A DNA stretch of 62,191 bases from Candidatus Parvarchaeum acidiphilum ARMAN-4 (GCA_002412065.1 GG730049.1:1-62191); one strand, 5' to 3'; shown: positions 47,845 to 58,919, numbered from the stretch's first letter. Translations and numbers: made by a program. Notes: generated by a model from the letters alone, not told the origin.

Positions 47845-50115
47845 ATGATAGATTTACCGAAGGAGACATTAGAATTTTTTGATAACGATGAATTAAGGTC
47901 TAGAATTTTTTATGAAAAGTATTCACTTTCTGATTTAGAAGGGAATAGAACAGAAAAAACACCTATAGAGATGTGGAAAAGAATTTCAAGAGAATTAGCA
48001 AGTGTAGAAAAGGACGATAAAAAAAAGGACATAGAGAATAATTTTTATCGGTTATTGGAAGATTTTAAGTTTGTTCCTGGAGGTAGAATCTTATTTGGAG
48101 CAGGCGCTAATCATAAAGCTACACTACTTAATTGTCATCATTTACCGATCACAAAGGACTCCTTAGAAGCTATTCATGATACTGCTAAGGAGATGGCAAG
48201 AACTTATTCTTATGGTGGCGGCGTAGGTATAGATATCTCAATAGTAAGGCCAGAAAGGAGCAGCAGTGGAATTATGCAGCAAGATTTTCGACTGGCGTCT
48301 GTGTCTTTTATGAAGCTTTATTCTATTACTACTGGAATAATAGGCCAAACTGGAAGAAGAGGGGCGTGGATGATAACTTTAGATGTTACTCATCCAGACA
48401 TAGAGAGTTTTGTTACTATAAAAAAAGACAAAAAAAGCGTTAGATATGCAAACATAAGTGTAAAGGTATATGATGACTTTATGGATGCGGTTGAGAATGA
48501 TAAGATTTTTACTCTGCATTTTAAGAATGAAAAAGTAGAATTTAAGAAAGAAATAAAAGCATTGGATCTATGGAAGAAAAGAATTGATACTGCAGTTAAT
48601 ACTGGTGATCCAGGAATAATGTTCTGGGACAGAATGAAAAGTGAATCACCAACAGAATATGATGAAAAAATGGCCATAAAAGGGACAAATCCTTGTAGTG
48701 AGCAACCTTTAGAAAATTATGGTGCGTGCGATTTAGGAGCAATAAATCTAGATTATTTTGTAAAGAATCAGTGCACAGACAAGGCAGAAGTAGACTGGGA
48801 AAATTTAGATAAAACAGTACGTTATGGAGTGAGATTTCTTGACAATGTATTGGATTATAGTTATAATCGTCATGCCTTAAAAGAACAAGCAGATGAAACT
48901 GTTTATGCAAGAAGGATCGGTCTTGGGATAATGGGTCTTGCAAATATGTTGATAAGCATGAATCTTAGATATGACAGTGACAAAGCAATCGAGTTCGTAG
49001 ACTCTTTAATGAAAAAAATAAAGGAAACTGCTTATGATGAAAGTTCGAATCTTGCAGTTGAAAAAGGTTCATTCCCTGCTTTTGTAGCAGAAAAACATCT
49101 ACAGAGAAATTTTGTAAAGAGGCTAGATAAAAAGCTTTTAGATAAAATATCAAAGAATGGCTTAAGAAATGCATGTATACTTACTGTTGCTCCAACAGGA
49201 TCAATTTCTTCAATGGCCGGAGTGAGTGGTGGGATAGAACCTATTTGCGCTTTAAGTTATACTCGTAGATCAGAGTCTTTGTCTGAAGGGAAGTTTGAAG
49301 TTTTAGATCCTTTTGTAAAAAGATACATGGATAAATTTAAAATAAGAGACAAAAGTACGCTTCCTGAGCTTTTTGTTACTGCGCACAAGATAGATCCTTT
49401 CTTTAGGGTAAAGATGCAGGCTACAATACAAAAACACATTGATTCATCAATATCATCAACTGTAAATCTATCAGCAGATACAGATGCTGAAACTGTGGAT
49501 AAAATATACAGATATGCGTGGAAACTTGGTTGTAAGTCTATAACCGTTTATAGAGAAGGTTCAAAAGATGATATACTTAAAGCAACCGATGAAAAACCTG
49601 CAAAAGAAGAAGAAAAATTAATTGAGGAGGAAAGGCCATTCCTGCTTAATGGTACTACTATAAGGATGCCAACTTCACAGGGAAACATGTATCTTACAGT
49701 AAATAGAGATGAAAATGCAAAGATTAAAGAAGTATTTATAGATATGGGAAGGTCTGGAGAGACGGAAAAAAGTTTTACAGAAGCACTAGGTAGGCTTATA
49801 AGCATATATCTTCAATCTGGAGGGGATATAAATAGAGTCATACGTACTCTTAAAGGAATAAAGGGAGGTAACTCGCTTTGGTTTAATGGCATACAGGTAT
49901 TTTCTATTCCAGATGGAATTGCTAAAGCAATAGAACTTACTCTAAAAAATAGAGATCCTACCAAAGAAAACGAAACTCTACATGGCGTTTTGAAAAACAA
50001 GGATAGTTTAGAAAATGACAAAGCAACAGTGTGTCCGGAATGTCACCAGAAAACACTTATATTTGAAAATGGGTGTTTTATTTGTAAGAATTGTGGATAT
50101 ACCAAATGTGAGTAA
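47845..50115 (+). CDS. nrdJ: Ribonucleotide reductase, class II (adenosylcobalamin-dependent, NrdJ-like) with C-terminal zinc ribbon
   Basis: YGGGVGIDIS, NPCSEQPL, TVAPTGSIS and C-terminal CPEC...CKNCG motifs. Confidence 0.85.
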   Translation: MIDLPKETLEFFDNDELRSRIFYEKYSLSDLEGNRTEKTPIEMWKRISRELASVEKDDKKKDIENNFYRLLEDFKFVPGGRILFGAGANHKATLLNCHHLPITKDSLEAIHDTAKEMARTYSYGGGVGIDISIVRPERSSSGIMQQDFRLASVSFMKLYSITTGIIGQTGRRGAWMITLDVTHPDIESFVTIKKDKKSVRYANISVKVYDDFMDAVENDKIFTLHFKNEKVEFKKEIKALDLWKKRIDTAVNTGDPGIMFWDRMKSESPTEYDEKMAIKGTNPCSEQPLENYGACDLGAINLDYFVKNQCTDKAEVDWENLDKTVRYGVRFLDNVLDYSYNRHALKEQADETVYARRIGLGIMGLANMLISMNLRYDSDKAIEFVDSLMKKIKETAYDESSNLAVEKGSFPAFVAEKHLQRNFVKRLDKKLLDKISKNGLRNACILTVAPTGSISSMAGVSGGIEPICALSYTRRSESLSEGKFEVLDPFVKRYMDKFKIRDKSTLPELFVTAHKIDPFFRVKMQATIQKHIDSSISSTVNLSADTDAETVDKIYRYAWKLGCKSITVYREGSKDDILKATDEKPAKEEEKLIEEERPFLLNGTTIRMPTSQGNMYLTVNRDENAKIKEVFIDMGRSGETEKSFTEALGRLISIYLQSGGDINRVIRTLKGIKGGNSLWFNGIQVFSIPDGIAKAIELTLKNRDPTKENETLHGVLKNKDSLENDKATVCPECHQKTLIFENGCFICKNCGYTKCE

Positions 50116-50178
50116 TATATATAGTGTAACTTTTGGTAAAAGTTATGAATTTATGTGTAGAAAACTATTAAAATAAAA

Positions 50179-50184
50179 GGAGGT
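50179..50184 (+). promoter_or_regulatory. Shine-Dalgarno-like GGAGGT upstream of rpo11
   Basis: Lies 7 nt before the ATG at 50192 and is complementary to the ACCTCC at the 16S 3' end in this window. Confidence 0.5.
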
Positions 50185-50191
50185 TATTTAA

Positions 50192-50470
50192 ATGATGGAA
50201 ATAAAAGTTTTAGAAAAAGAAGATTCATCGATAAAATTTAGGGTGCAAGGAGGTACTCAATCCGTTCTTAATCTTATAAAAGAAGAGGCAGATTCGTTTG
50301 ATAATGTAACATTCGCTGGTTTTGTAATGGAACATCCTCTTGAAAAATCATCAATTTTTGTAATTAAAACTGATGGAAAGGATGCTGAAAAAACCCTTAA
50401 AAAAATAATTGAGAAAACCGAATCAGATTTGAAAGAAGCAAAAAAGGAATTAAATGCTTTATTTAAGTAA
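50192..50470 (+). CDS. rpo11: DNA-directed RNA polymerase subunit Rpo11 (RpoL)
   Basis: 92 aa; IKFRVQGGTQSVLNLIKEE...VTFAGFVMEHPL...IFVIKTDG fits the Rpo11/Rpb11 pattern. Confidence 0.6.
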   Translation: MMEIKVLEKEDSSIKFRVQGGTQSVLNLIKEEADSFDNVTFAGFVMEHPLEKSSIFVIKTDGKDAEKTLKKIIEKTESDLKEAKKELNALFK

Positions 50471-50473
50471 AAA

Positions 50474-51046
50474 ATGAAAAATGAAGAAAGCAAATCTTTT
50501 GTAAGAAAATTAGTTAGTGGAGACAATGTTTATTCTGTTGTTTTTTATATAGTTGTTTTTTATGTTATTTTCGTTTATGTAGCTTTACCTTCAGTTTATG
50601 CTTTTACACCAGTCAGCTATATAAGTGCAGTTGTATCTGGAAGCATGGTACACCAAGAACCAGAAATAAATTCAACTTATTATGGGTGGCTGTCCTCCCA
50701 CGGTTTTAATATGTCTATTGTAAAAACTTGGCCTTTCCCAAATGGGATAAACATAGGCTCACTTGCAATAGCCTATAAAGTGAAACCTGCTCAGATAAAG
50801 ATTGGTGATGTTATAATATATCATATAGACTATGAAGGTCTTGATGAAGACATTATACATAGGGTTGTAAACGAAACCGAAGTAAATGGCAAATATTATT
50901 ATACTACAAAAGGAGATGCAAACCCATTTTCACTACCCTTTGAGTATAATATACCTTATAGTAATATTGTTGGAAAAGTAGAATATGTAATACCTTATAT
51001 AGGTTACCCAAAATATCTGCTTTACTCATTTTCACAAGACATCTAA
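50474..51046 (+). CDS. Signal peptidase I, archaeal/Sec11 type (S26B)
   Basis: Transmembrane anchor, catalytic-Ser region VVSGSMVHQ, then GDVIIYH, IIHRV and TKGDAN motifs. Confidence 0.65.
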   Translation: MKNEESKSFVRKLVSGDNVYSVVFYIVVFYVIFVYVALPSVYAFTPVSYISAVVSGSMVHQEPEINSTYYGWLSSHGFNMSIVKTWPFPNGINIGSLAIAYKVKPAQIKIGDVIIYHIDYEGLDEDIIHRVVNETEVNGKYYYTTKGDANPFSLPFEYNIPYSNIVGKVEYVIPYIGYPKYLLYSFSQDI

Positions 51047-51086
51047 TCCAATAAGTATTTATCTCAATATAATTTAAGGTTTCATT

Positions 51087-51644
51087 ATGAAAAAAGTTAT
51101 AATATTAACTGGTATGCCTGGAAGTGGAAAATCAACTGCAGCAATTGAATTTTCAAAACTTAAATTGCCTGTTATAGGCATGGGAGATGCTGTAAGAAAG
51201 GAAATGAGAAGGAGGGGTCTCGATATTAATAATAGGTCCATAAGGCTCTTCTCAAAAAGAATGACTAAAGAGTATGGTAATAAATATGTCATAGATTTGG
51301 TTAAAAAAGAATTAAAAGAAGTTTTTAAAACAGCAGATATCACTATATTAGACGGATCAAGAAGGATGTCGGAAGTTGAAGAAGTAAAGAAAGAAGGACA
51401 TAAACCAATAATACTAGGCATAATTGCTGATAAACAAGTAAGGTTCAAAAGGATAGTAAAACGTAAAAATGAAAGCGATTTTTCATCATATAGTGAGTTT
51501 GAGTGGCGAGAAAAGCAGGAATTAGGTTATGGAATAGCAGAGGTTATAGCATCTGCAGATTATTATATTAGTAATATGGGAAGTAAAAAAAAGTTTCTTA
51601 GTGATATAAAAAGGTTTATTTCTAAAGTCAAAGCTCTAAAATAA
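51087..51644 (+). CDS. P-loop nucleotide kinase-like protein (UPF0200 / dephospho-CoA kinase-like)
   Basis: LTGMPGSGKST P-loop followed by GMGDAVRKEM, typical of archaeal UPF0200. Confidence 0.5.
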   Translation: MKKVIILTGMPGSGKSTAAIEFSKLKLPVIGMGDAVRKEMRRRGLDINNRSIRLFSKRMTKEYGNKYVIDLVKKELKEVFKTADITILDGSRRMSEVEEVKKEGHKPIILGIIADKQVRFKRIVKRKNESDFSSYSEFEWREKQELGYGIAEVIASADYYISNMGSKKKFLSDIKRFISKVKALK

Positions 51645-53499
51645 ATTTATCGGATAATTCTAATATACCAATGTTAGATTTAACTTTTCCATTTTTTATA
51701 TCAATATCTATCCTTTTACCATCTGCGCTAATATCCTTTTTTGCAGTTATTCCTTCTCTCTTTTTTACAATTATTTCTCTTTCCGGTAGGTTAATGTCTA
51801 TGCCTAAGATATTTCTTTCTATTATAAAAGGTATCAGGCTTATTGACCAAGCCTGAGATGGGCAGCCTTTTGGTATACCATCCGGTTGGAATATCTCATT
51901 TATTCTAGAAGAGCATTGCGCATTGTCATTTTGATCTTTAAGAATTAATAATAATTTTTTACCAAGTTCATACCTTCCGTTTTCAAAGGCCACTGCTGCG
52001 AACATCTCAGTTAAAAACGGCCATATAGCACCAGTTTGATATCCATTGAAATTAAATATCTTGTCATTCTTTGATACAGATAAAACGCCAAATTCTGAAA
52101 GCAAATTGTTTTCTATATTTTTTATTATCTTCTCTTTTTTGTCGGAGTCAACAACATCAAAATATAATGCAAATATCTGGTTTGCACTGTTAATATCCTT
52201 GTTTTTCTGATCCATTAAATAGTCCTCTTTGAATAAGCTATTAAGGCTATTTTTTAGGGTTTGAGACATTTCTTTTGCAGTTTGGTCTTTAAAAATAGAA
52301 TAAAAGCCTTGTAATGCTTTTGCCCATATAGCTTGTATTTCAACTGAAAATTCTCTATCTATTGAATCCATCCATGTTTCATTACCCTTATCATGTATAA
52401 ATCCATTATTCATCCATTTACTGCAGAGTTTAATTATATCCTCTTTTTTGTTGGAGATTAAATTAATTAATGATGTATCAGCAGTGTATTTGAAGTATTC
52501 ATATAAATCTATCAAAAACTGTCCAAGCACATCTTTAGGGTATAAGGTGCCATTTATGATATTAGGTAAACCGTTCTCATTTATTTCATTAGCTATTTTT
52601 AATAGAATTTTTTTTACAAATGCAAAGTTTCCAATGGAAAGAAAAGATGGTAAAACCATTAATGCGTCTCTTAACCAGAACTGATTGAAATATGGAAAAC
52701 CGGCATAGAACTCCACTTCATTGAAATTTGTATAGGAGTATATAGCATCTATAGAATCCATTAAAAGATCTTTATCTATTGTATCTAAATTGAATTTTTT
52801 GCTTTCGCTTTTAATTATCTGGCCATACTCTTCCGCATACTTTATACTATTTTTTATAAGTTTGTATATGGAATCAAAATCCATTTCCCTAATCGAAAAC
52901 AATACCTCATAGGTCTCATTTGCTTTTAGTTCAAAAGTAATTTCTCCAGGTACATATTTATTTTGTGGTTCTCCCTTATCAAGATAACTTGTCAACCCCC
53001 TTTTAATTGAGTATAACCCTGGAGAATGAATGCCATAGTACTCTTCTTTATTAAATTTTCCATTTAAGAAATAAACATACGCTGACTTGTTATTAAATTC
53101 AGCTTTTATACCATTTTTTATTTCTGTTAAGTTGTATCTTTTTCCTTTTTGATAATTTTCATCTCGTTTTCTTAGGTTTATCCCAAACTTCTAGGGTTAC
53201 TTTAGAATCGAAATTTGGAGTAACTGATACCAGAACAGAATCATCATAACATTTTACTTCTTCTATCACTTTCCCTTTAACTGTTTCCAAATAGTAGTGT
53301 AGAAAACTGCGAGTTATAAAAGGAGAACTTCTTAAAGTTAGCTTCAGACAGGAATTCCTCCCCAAATTTGAATGCACAGTAAATCAAAGTATTTCTGATC
53401 GGCTTTCCATATCCCGCACCATTTAGAACCAAATTCACCGTTATGAAACCTAAATAGAAACATCCCATTTTTTGATATTACATGAAGGACTGGATCCAT
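51628..53499 (-). CDS. Glycogen debranching enzyme-like (amylo-alpha-1,6-glucosidase, GDE_C) with a frame-disrupted N-terminal region
   Basis: FWLRDALMV, GAIWPFLTEMFAAVAF and GCPSQAWS motifs in the main frame, which is open from 53190. An ATG at 53499 opens a different frame, and two further overlapping frames lie in 53159-53468. Confidence 0.7.
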
Positions 53500-53629
53500 A
53501 TATTTCCTTGTATTTTTTTAAATTTATCCTTTTAAATTGCTTAAACGACACAGCTAGTGCAAATCTCATGCTATATATCAACAGTATCTGATTAAGCTTA
53601 TAATCATAGGATGCTTTTTATATGTTAAA

Positions 53630-54172
53630 ATGGAAATATTTTATGTAACAAGCAATGATGGAAAATTTTTAGAGGCAAGTAAACTACTTCCAGCCCTTAA
53701 AAAACTTTCTTTAAATTTGGAGGAGGTTCAATCATTAGATCCCGTAGAAATCGCAAAAAATAAGGCTTTGAGCGCCATAAAACAAACAGGCGCTGAAAAT
53801 TTGGTTGTAGATGACGTGTCAATATATCTAGAAGCATTTGATTATAAATTACCAGGTCCACTTATAAAATGGTTTCTTCTATCCATAGGCAGCAAAGGAA
53901 TATGGGATACTGCTAAAAAATTTAAAAAATACGGAGCGTTTGCAGTATGTACACTTTGTTATGCTGATAAAAGAGGAAAAATTAAGGTATTTACTGGAAA
54001 AGTCAAGGGAAAGGTAGTAAAAAGCAACATTAATTCAAACAAAAGCTGGGATTATATTTTTATGCCAGAAGGGGAAGTAAAGACTTTTGCGCAGATGTCA
54101 TTATCAGAAAAAAATAAGATAAGCCATAGAGGAATAGCTATACAAAAACTAAAAAAATACCTAAGAATTTGA
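53630..54172 (+). CDS. Non-canonical purine NTP pyrophosphatase (ITPase/Ham1/RdgB family)
   Basis: FYVTSNDGKFLEA start, FMPEG region and C-terminal KNKISHRGIAIQKL. Confidence 0.7.
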   Translation: MEIFYVTSNDGKFLEASKLLPALKKLSLNLEEVQSLDPVEIAKNKALSAIKQTGAENLVVDDVSIYLEAFDYKLPGPLIKWFLLSIGSKGIWDTAKKFKKYGAFAVCTLCYADKRGKIKVFTGKVKGKVVKSNINSNKSWDYIFMPEGEVKTFAQMSLSEKNKISHRGIAIQKLKKYLRI

Positions 54173-55075
54173 ATATTTCTTTAATGCAATTTTCATCGCA
54201 TTTCGATATGAAACAAGGCCAATTATAACTACTACAAAGATGACTATAAAGAAGCCGATGCCTAAATCATGTAGATTATGGACCTTTAATGGAGTTATAA
54301 CCCCAAAAGTAATAATTTGCGGGAATATTATTATGCTTATACCTGCAATAAAAAATGCTAAACCGCCATAAAGTAGAACACTTGAGGAAATATATCTTGC
54401 AATAAACTGCAGTCCTTTCATACTTATCTTCTTTATCTTTCTTATCCAAGTCCCAAATAAAGCTCCGAAAGTAAACTGCATAGTCATTGTTCCTAGCCCG
54501 AACATCAATCCTGGAAGAAAGGCAACATATGCGTTTGGCATGTTAGGGACGAAGATAAAGTAAATTATCAATGCAAAAGCACCGAATCCAAATCCTGCTA
54601 TTAATCCGTGTATAAAAGCCATCCACGGTTTCACGTCTTTTTTATAAAAGTCTGTGTCTATGTGCCTAAATTTTTTCGTTAATCCATTGCTTATCCATTC
54701 ATTTACATCTATATGTGGGTAAAAACTCCCGTATTTTACATAATGTCCCGCGATGTACATTACTGCTCCAACTATGGAGTATACTATCCCGAAAAAAAGC
54801 GGAGATGAAATAAAATCCTTAAAGGCATACAACCCAAATGCAAAAACAAAAAATATTATCTCGGACATTAATGCTCTTTGTAATGTAAACCCTGCAGAGA
54901 ATATGGCGCCTACCTCTGCGCCTTTTTTAGTACTACCGCTGCCTACAGCATATGAAAAGGTTATTGGCCAGGTATGTTCATCTGGGGTTATACCGTGTAC
55001 TATGCCCAGCAAGTAAGACAAAAGCAGTGTTATATAAACCCCATCATATACTGGATTAAATAAATTTATTGCCAT
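54161..55075 (-). CDS. Polytopic membrane protein (possible metal-ion transporter)
   Basis: About 8 transmembrane segments and an HGITPDEHTW motif in TM1. The family assignment is uncertain. Confidence 0.3.
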   Translation of the reverse strand: MAINLFNPVYDGVYITLLLSYLLGIVHGITPDEHTWPITFSYAVGSGSTKKGAEVGAIFSAGFTLQRALMSEIIFFVFAFGLYAFKDFISSPLFFGIVYSIVGAVMYIAGHYVKYGSFYPHIDVNEWISNGLTKKFRHIDTDFYKKDVKPWMAFIHGLIAGFGFGAFALIIYFIFVPNMPNAYVAFLPGLMFGLGTMTMQFTFGALFGTWIRKIKKISMKGLQFIARYISSSVLLYGGLAFFIAGISIIIFPQIITFGVITPLKVHNLHDLGIGFFIVIFVVVIIGLVSYRNAMKIALKKYSNS

Positions 55076-55209
55076 TTGTAACTAAGAACTATCTAATATT
55101 GTCTTTCCTCATTTATAATAAATTATTTTTGTATTTAAATCTTTCTTTAATGCAAGGTCATATTTTCTTTGCTTAATTATTATTTTAAGTATGAAATTTT
55201 ATAATAATT

Positions 55210-55839
55210 ATGATAAAAGGAATAGCTTCTGATTTAGACGGGACTTTGATAGACACTGCAAAGCTTCTTGCAGAAGCATGGGAGGAAGCTTTTAAGTCAG
55301 ATGGCATAGATGTAGGTTATAGTGAGCTTTATAAAAATACAAAAGGAATATCTTCTAAAGATATAATCCGTAAATATAAAAAAGAAAGCAGTTTTGAAGA
55401 TCTAAACAGGATAAAAGAAAAAAGAAAGTTAAATTTTATAAGGCTTGTAGATCAAGGCAATAATCTTCTTTATCCAGAAACGATGAAAGTTATAGATGAG
55501 ATACGGAGTAAAGGCATAAAATTTGCTATTTCTACGGGCATGTCAAGAGATCTTCTAGATAAGGTGTTAAAGCTATCAGGATTAGACTCAATAGTAGATG
55601 CAGTCGTAAGTTCTGATGACGTTAAAAATGGAAAGCCTGCACCAGACATCTTCTTAGAAGCTTTCAAAAGAATAGATATAAATCCTAAAGAGGGCATAGT
55701 AGTTGGAGACAGTGAAAATGATATTATGCCTGGAAAAGCTATAGGCGCTTTTACTGTCTTTATATCTCGGGAAGGAAGTAAATCTAATTTAGCAGATGCA
55801 AATATAACTAATTTGGAGGAGCTTTTGCAGTTTTTATAG
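55210..55839 (+). CDS. HAD-superfamily hydrolase (beta-phosphoglucomutase/phosphatase-like)
   Basis: DLDGTLIDT (motif I), ISTGMS (motif II) and K...GDSENDI (motifs III/IV). Confidence 0.75.
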   Translation: MIKGIASDLDGTLIDTAKLLAEAWEEAFKSDGIDVGYSELYKNTKGISSKDIIRKYKKESSFEDLNRIKEKRKLNFIRLVDQGNNLLYPETMKVIDEIRSKGIKFAISTGMSRDLLDKVLKLSGLDSIVDAVVSSDDVKNGKPAPDIFLEAFKRIDINPKEGIVVGDSENDIMPGKAIGAFTVFISREGSKSNLADANITNLEELLQFL

Positions 55840-56748
55840 ATGGAAAATGCTATATCAGTAAAAAATCTTTATAAAAAGTTTGGGAAGACAGTTGCATTAG
55901 AAGGTATATCTTTTACTTCAAAAGAAGGTGTTAATATCATTCTTGGCCCTAACGGTGCTGGGAAAAGCACATTTTTAAGATGTTTAATAGGTTTGTATAA
56001 GCCCAGTAAAGGTTCTGTTTTAGTATTTGGAAAAAGACCCTATTTTGATGATGAAATCAGAACTAGAATGGCGCTTCTTTCTGATAATTATGCACTTTAT
56101 GACTTTTTGACTGTAAAGCAGAATCTTAGATTCTTTGGTAACCTTTACAAGCTAAATGACAAAGAGATATACGAGAAAAGCAAGAAGATATTAAAAGAGA
56201 TGGATGCTCTTAAATTTTTTGATAGAAAAATTGTTGAGCTTAGCAGAGGAACCAAGCAGAAGATTGCATTCTGTAGGGCAATGCTTAATGATCCTGATGT
56301 TTTGCTGCTTGATGAGCCAACTGCTTTTTTAGATGCCAGTTCTTCTGAATGGATAAGAAATTTTATTTTAGATTATGGGAAGAAGAAAAAAACGATCCTT
56401 TTTGTAACGCAGAAACTAGATGAGGTTTCTAGGTTTAATTCAAGGCTTATTATAATGAGAGAAGGCAGAATTGTAGAAGATACTACAACCTACAATATAT
56501 ATGATAAGATTATGAAGTCGTCTAGTATACTTGTAAGATTTGCAAGGCCTGTGGCCGTTTCCATTCTTAATAAGACTGGTTACAAATTTGATTCAATGCA
56601 AAGCAAAGAAGTGAGCAGCGCAAAGTTCTACATAAACAGCTACAAGGATGTAAATACTCTGATAGGGAAATTGATAAAGAATAAGGTATTTCTGTTAGGG
56701 ATAGACTACATAGAACCATTAGTGGAGAGGATTTCAAAAGGCGGTTAA
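55840..56748 (+). CDS. ABC transporter ATP-binding protein (ABC-2 type)
   Basis: Walker A GPNGAGKST, signature LSRGTKQK and Walker B LLLDEPT. Confidence 0.85.
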   Translation: MENAISVKNLYKKFGKTVALEGISFTSKEGVNIILGPNGAGKSTFLRCLIGLYKPSKGSVLVFGKRPYFDDEIRTRMALLSDNYALYDFLTVKQNLRFFGNLYKLNDKEIYEKSKKILKEMDALKFFDRKIVELSRGTKQKIAFCRAMLNDPDVLLLDEPTAFLDASSSEWIRNFILDYGKKKKTILFVTQKLDEVSRFNSRLIIMREGRIVEDTTTYNIYDKIMKSSSILVRFARPVAVSILNKTGYKFDSMQSKEVSSAKFYINSYKDVNTLIGKLIKNKVFLLGIDYIEPLVERISKGG

Positions 56749-56750
56749 TT

Positions 56751-57533
56751 ATGAAACTAAACAAAGTATATCAAGTTACTTGGAAGGACGTAAAGGAAAC
56801 CTTCAGCAGCATACTAATTTTTGGGCCAATGTTTGGCATACCATTAGCATTTGCTGTAATTCTCCCAGTTTTATCGTTGTATATAGCTGTTCATGAAGCT
56901 CCTAGCATTGCAGCAGCTATAAAAATACCAAATATAAGCGCAGCTTTACCTGCTTTTAAGAGTATAGCTTTTATGGATTACTTCTCAATAAATATCTTAG
57001 GGCCAATAACAATGACAATGCCTATAATAACTTCAGCAGTTATAGCAGCAGATAGCTTTGCTGGAGAAAAAGAGAGGAAAACTGCCGAGTCGTTACTTTC
57101 AACACCCTTAAGCAAGACTGAGCTTTTACTTGGTAAGATCTTCGCTTCTTTTCTACCAGCAGTTATCATGGCAGTTATAGCGTTCGCTCTTTACGGTTCT
57201 ATTGTAAATTATCTCTCTTTTCAGCAGTTTCATCTTTTCATTCTTCCTACTTTACCTTGGCTGCTTATGCTGGCAGCAGTGCCTTTTCTTGCTCTTGCTC
57301 CAATTTCGATAGTAGTTTTGATATCTTCACATGTTAAAGGAGTAAAAGAAGCACAGCAACTGACTTCCCTTCTAGTCTTGCCGTTACTTGTTTTGCCGTT
57401 TGCTTCGCTTTTAGGCCTAGCATCTCTATCAGTTTCATTTATGCTTTATCTTATTTTCTTCTTAGCGGTGTTTGATTTTGTTCTTTTTTATGTAAGCCTA
57501 GCTGTTTTTCATAGAGAATCACTTATAAGCTGA
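56751..57533 (+). CDS. ABC-2 type transporter permease
   Basis: Six transmembrane segments; translationally adjacent to the ABC ATPase; FAGEKERKTAESLLSTP motif typical of ABC-2 permeases. Confidence 0.65.
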   Translation: MKLNKVYQVTWKDVKETFSSILIFGPMFGIPLAFAVILPVLSLYIAVHEAPSIAAAIKIPNISAALPAFKSIAFMDYFSINILGPITMTMPIITSAVIAADSFAGEKERKTAESLLSTPLSKTELLLGKIFASFLPAVIMAVIAFALYGSIVNYLSFQQFHLFILPTLPWLLMLAAVPFLALAPISIVVLISSHVKGVKEAQQLTSLLVLPLLVLPFASLLGLASLSVSFMLYLIFFLAVFDFVLFYVSLAVFHRESLIS

Positions 57534-57747
57534 AATATAATTACTGTTTAATATTAAAATAAGATAAATGATTTATGTCAATTTAGTTATAGATGCAATG
57601 GACTTAAAAAGAATAAGAGGAGTGGCGCTATATGTTATTAAAGGCGAAGAATTTTCTGAAAGGTATAAAAATAGTAAGAAAAAGAAAATCAATTAATATG
57701 TTTAATTTATATAAAGGATTGGAACTAAGAGATATTGTTATATAAAT

Positions 57748-58919
57748 ATGGAAAAGTGGTTTGTAAATAAAAATGTGCTTTATCTTTCGCTGTCGGCCTT
57801 CTTTGCCGATGCAGGATATCAAACAGTAATAGCTCTTTTTCCTATTTTTCTTGTGCTTTTCTTAAAGGCACCTGTCTATTACTTAGGAATAATCTACGCT
57901 TTGCAATATGGTATAGGTGCAATATTTGCATATCTTGGAGGAGTGTTTGCAGATAGATACAGCAAGAAGAAAGTTGCAATAATAGGAAATTCCTTGATAC
58001 CTATTCTGTCATTTTTAGGTATAGCATCAAGTCTTCTTTTATCCCCTCTACTTTTTCTTGTTGGGTGGTGGGCCAGAGATTCTAGGAGCCCTGCAAGAAG
58101 ATCATTGGTTGCTTTGGCTTCAGACGAAAAACACAGGAAAAAGGCCTTTGGAGTATTACATGCCCTAGATTTAGGTGGCGGAGCAGTAGGTATAACCTAT
58201 CTTATAATACTTCTTTACTTTGGTATAGAGTATAGTATAATATTTCTAGTAACTATTATCCCTTTGGTTATATCAACCATTTTTATAGTAAAGTCAAATG
58301 TTAAAGAACGTTTAAAGGCGGTTTCAAACAGGTTGTCAAGTAGCAGGAAAACTGCCGAAAACAAAAAAACTATGCTTGGAGTTCTTATTGCAACATCTTT
58401 ATTCGGCTTCAGTTATTACAGCTTGGGTTATCCAATACTTACAATTGCTCAGAGCTCAAACGATATTTTTGGAGTTTTTTCTTATCTTATATTTCTTTTA
58501 ATATCTGCATTTGCAGGTTATTATCTTGGAAGCAAAGCGGGTAGAATGAAGCTAGTAAGTTCACTTTCTATTCTTGGATATGCGTTTGCAGGTATTGGTT
58601 CATTGCTAATAGGCTTTTTTTATATTTTTAGTTTAAATGTAATAGTAGCTTATTTCGGAGTGCTTGTTTTGGGATTTGCTGTTGGTGCAATAGAAACATT
58701 TGAACCAACTATAATCTCCTTTACTTCACCAAAGGAAAGAGCGCAAAAAGTTTTGGTTATCTGTCTTCTTCTCGAAGCATAGGCTTATTTACTGGTAATT
58801 TACTAATGGGAATTCTATATTTTTTTAGTCCATTCTACTCATATGTTTATGCTTTTATAGTTTCTATGGTAGCTGCATTGATAGTTTATATCTTTGGAAG
58901 AAACCTTACATTAAAGTAA
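57748..58919 (+). CDS. MFS transporter, frame break at A5 run 58745-58749
   Basis: 12-TMS-like profile. After ...SPKERAQK the conserved continuation SFGYLSSSRSIGLFTGNLLMGILYF... runs in another frame to TAA at 58917-58919. Confidence 0.6.

Noticed and set aside
57568-57696. 42-codon ORF (MIYVNLVIDAMDLKRIRGVALYVIKGEEFSERYKNSKKKKIN) in the intergenic region before the MFS gene
   Set aside because: No recognisable family, no obvious Shine-Dalgarno motif, and its size is within chance expectation for this composition. It is recorded only as a possibility.
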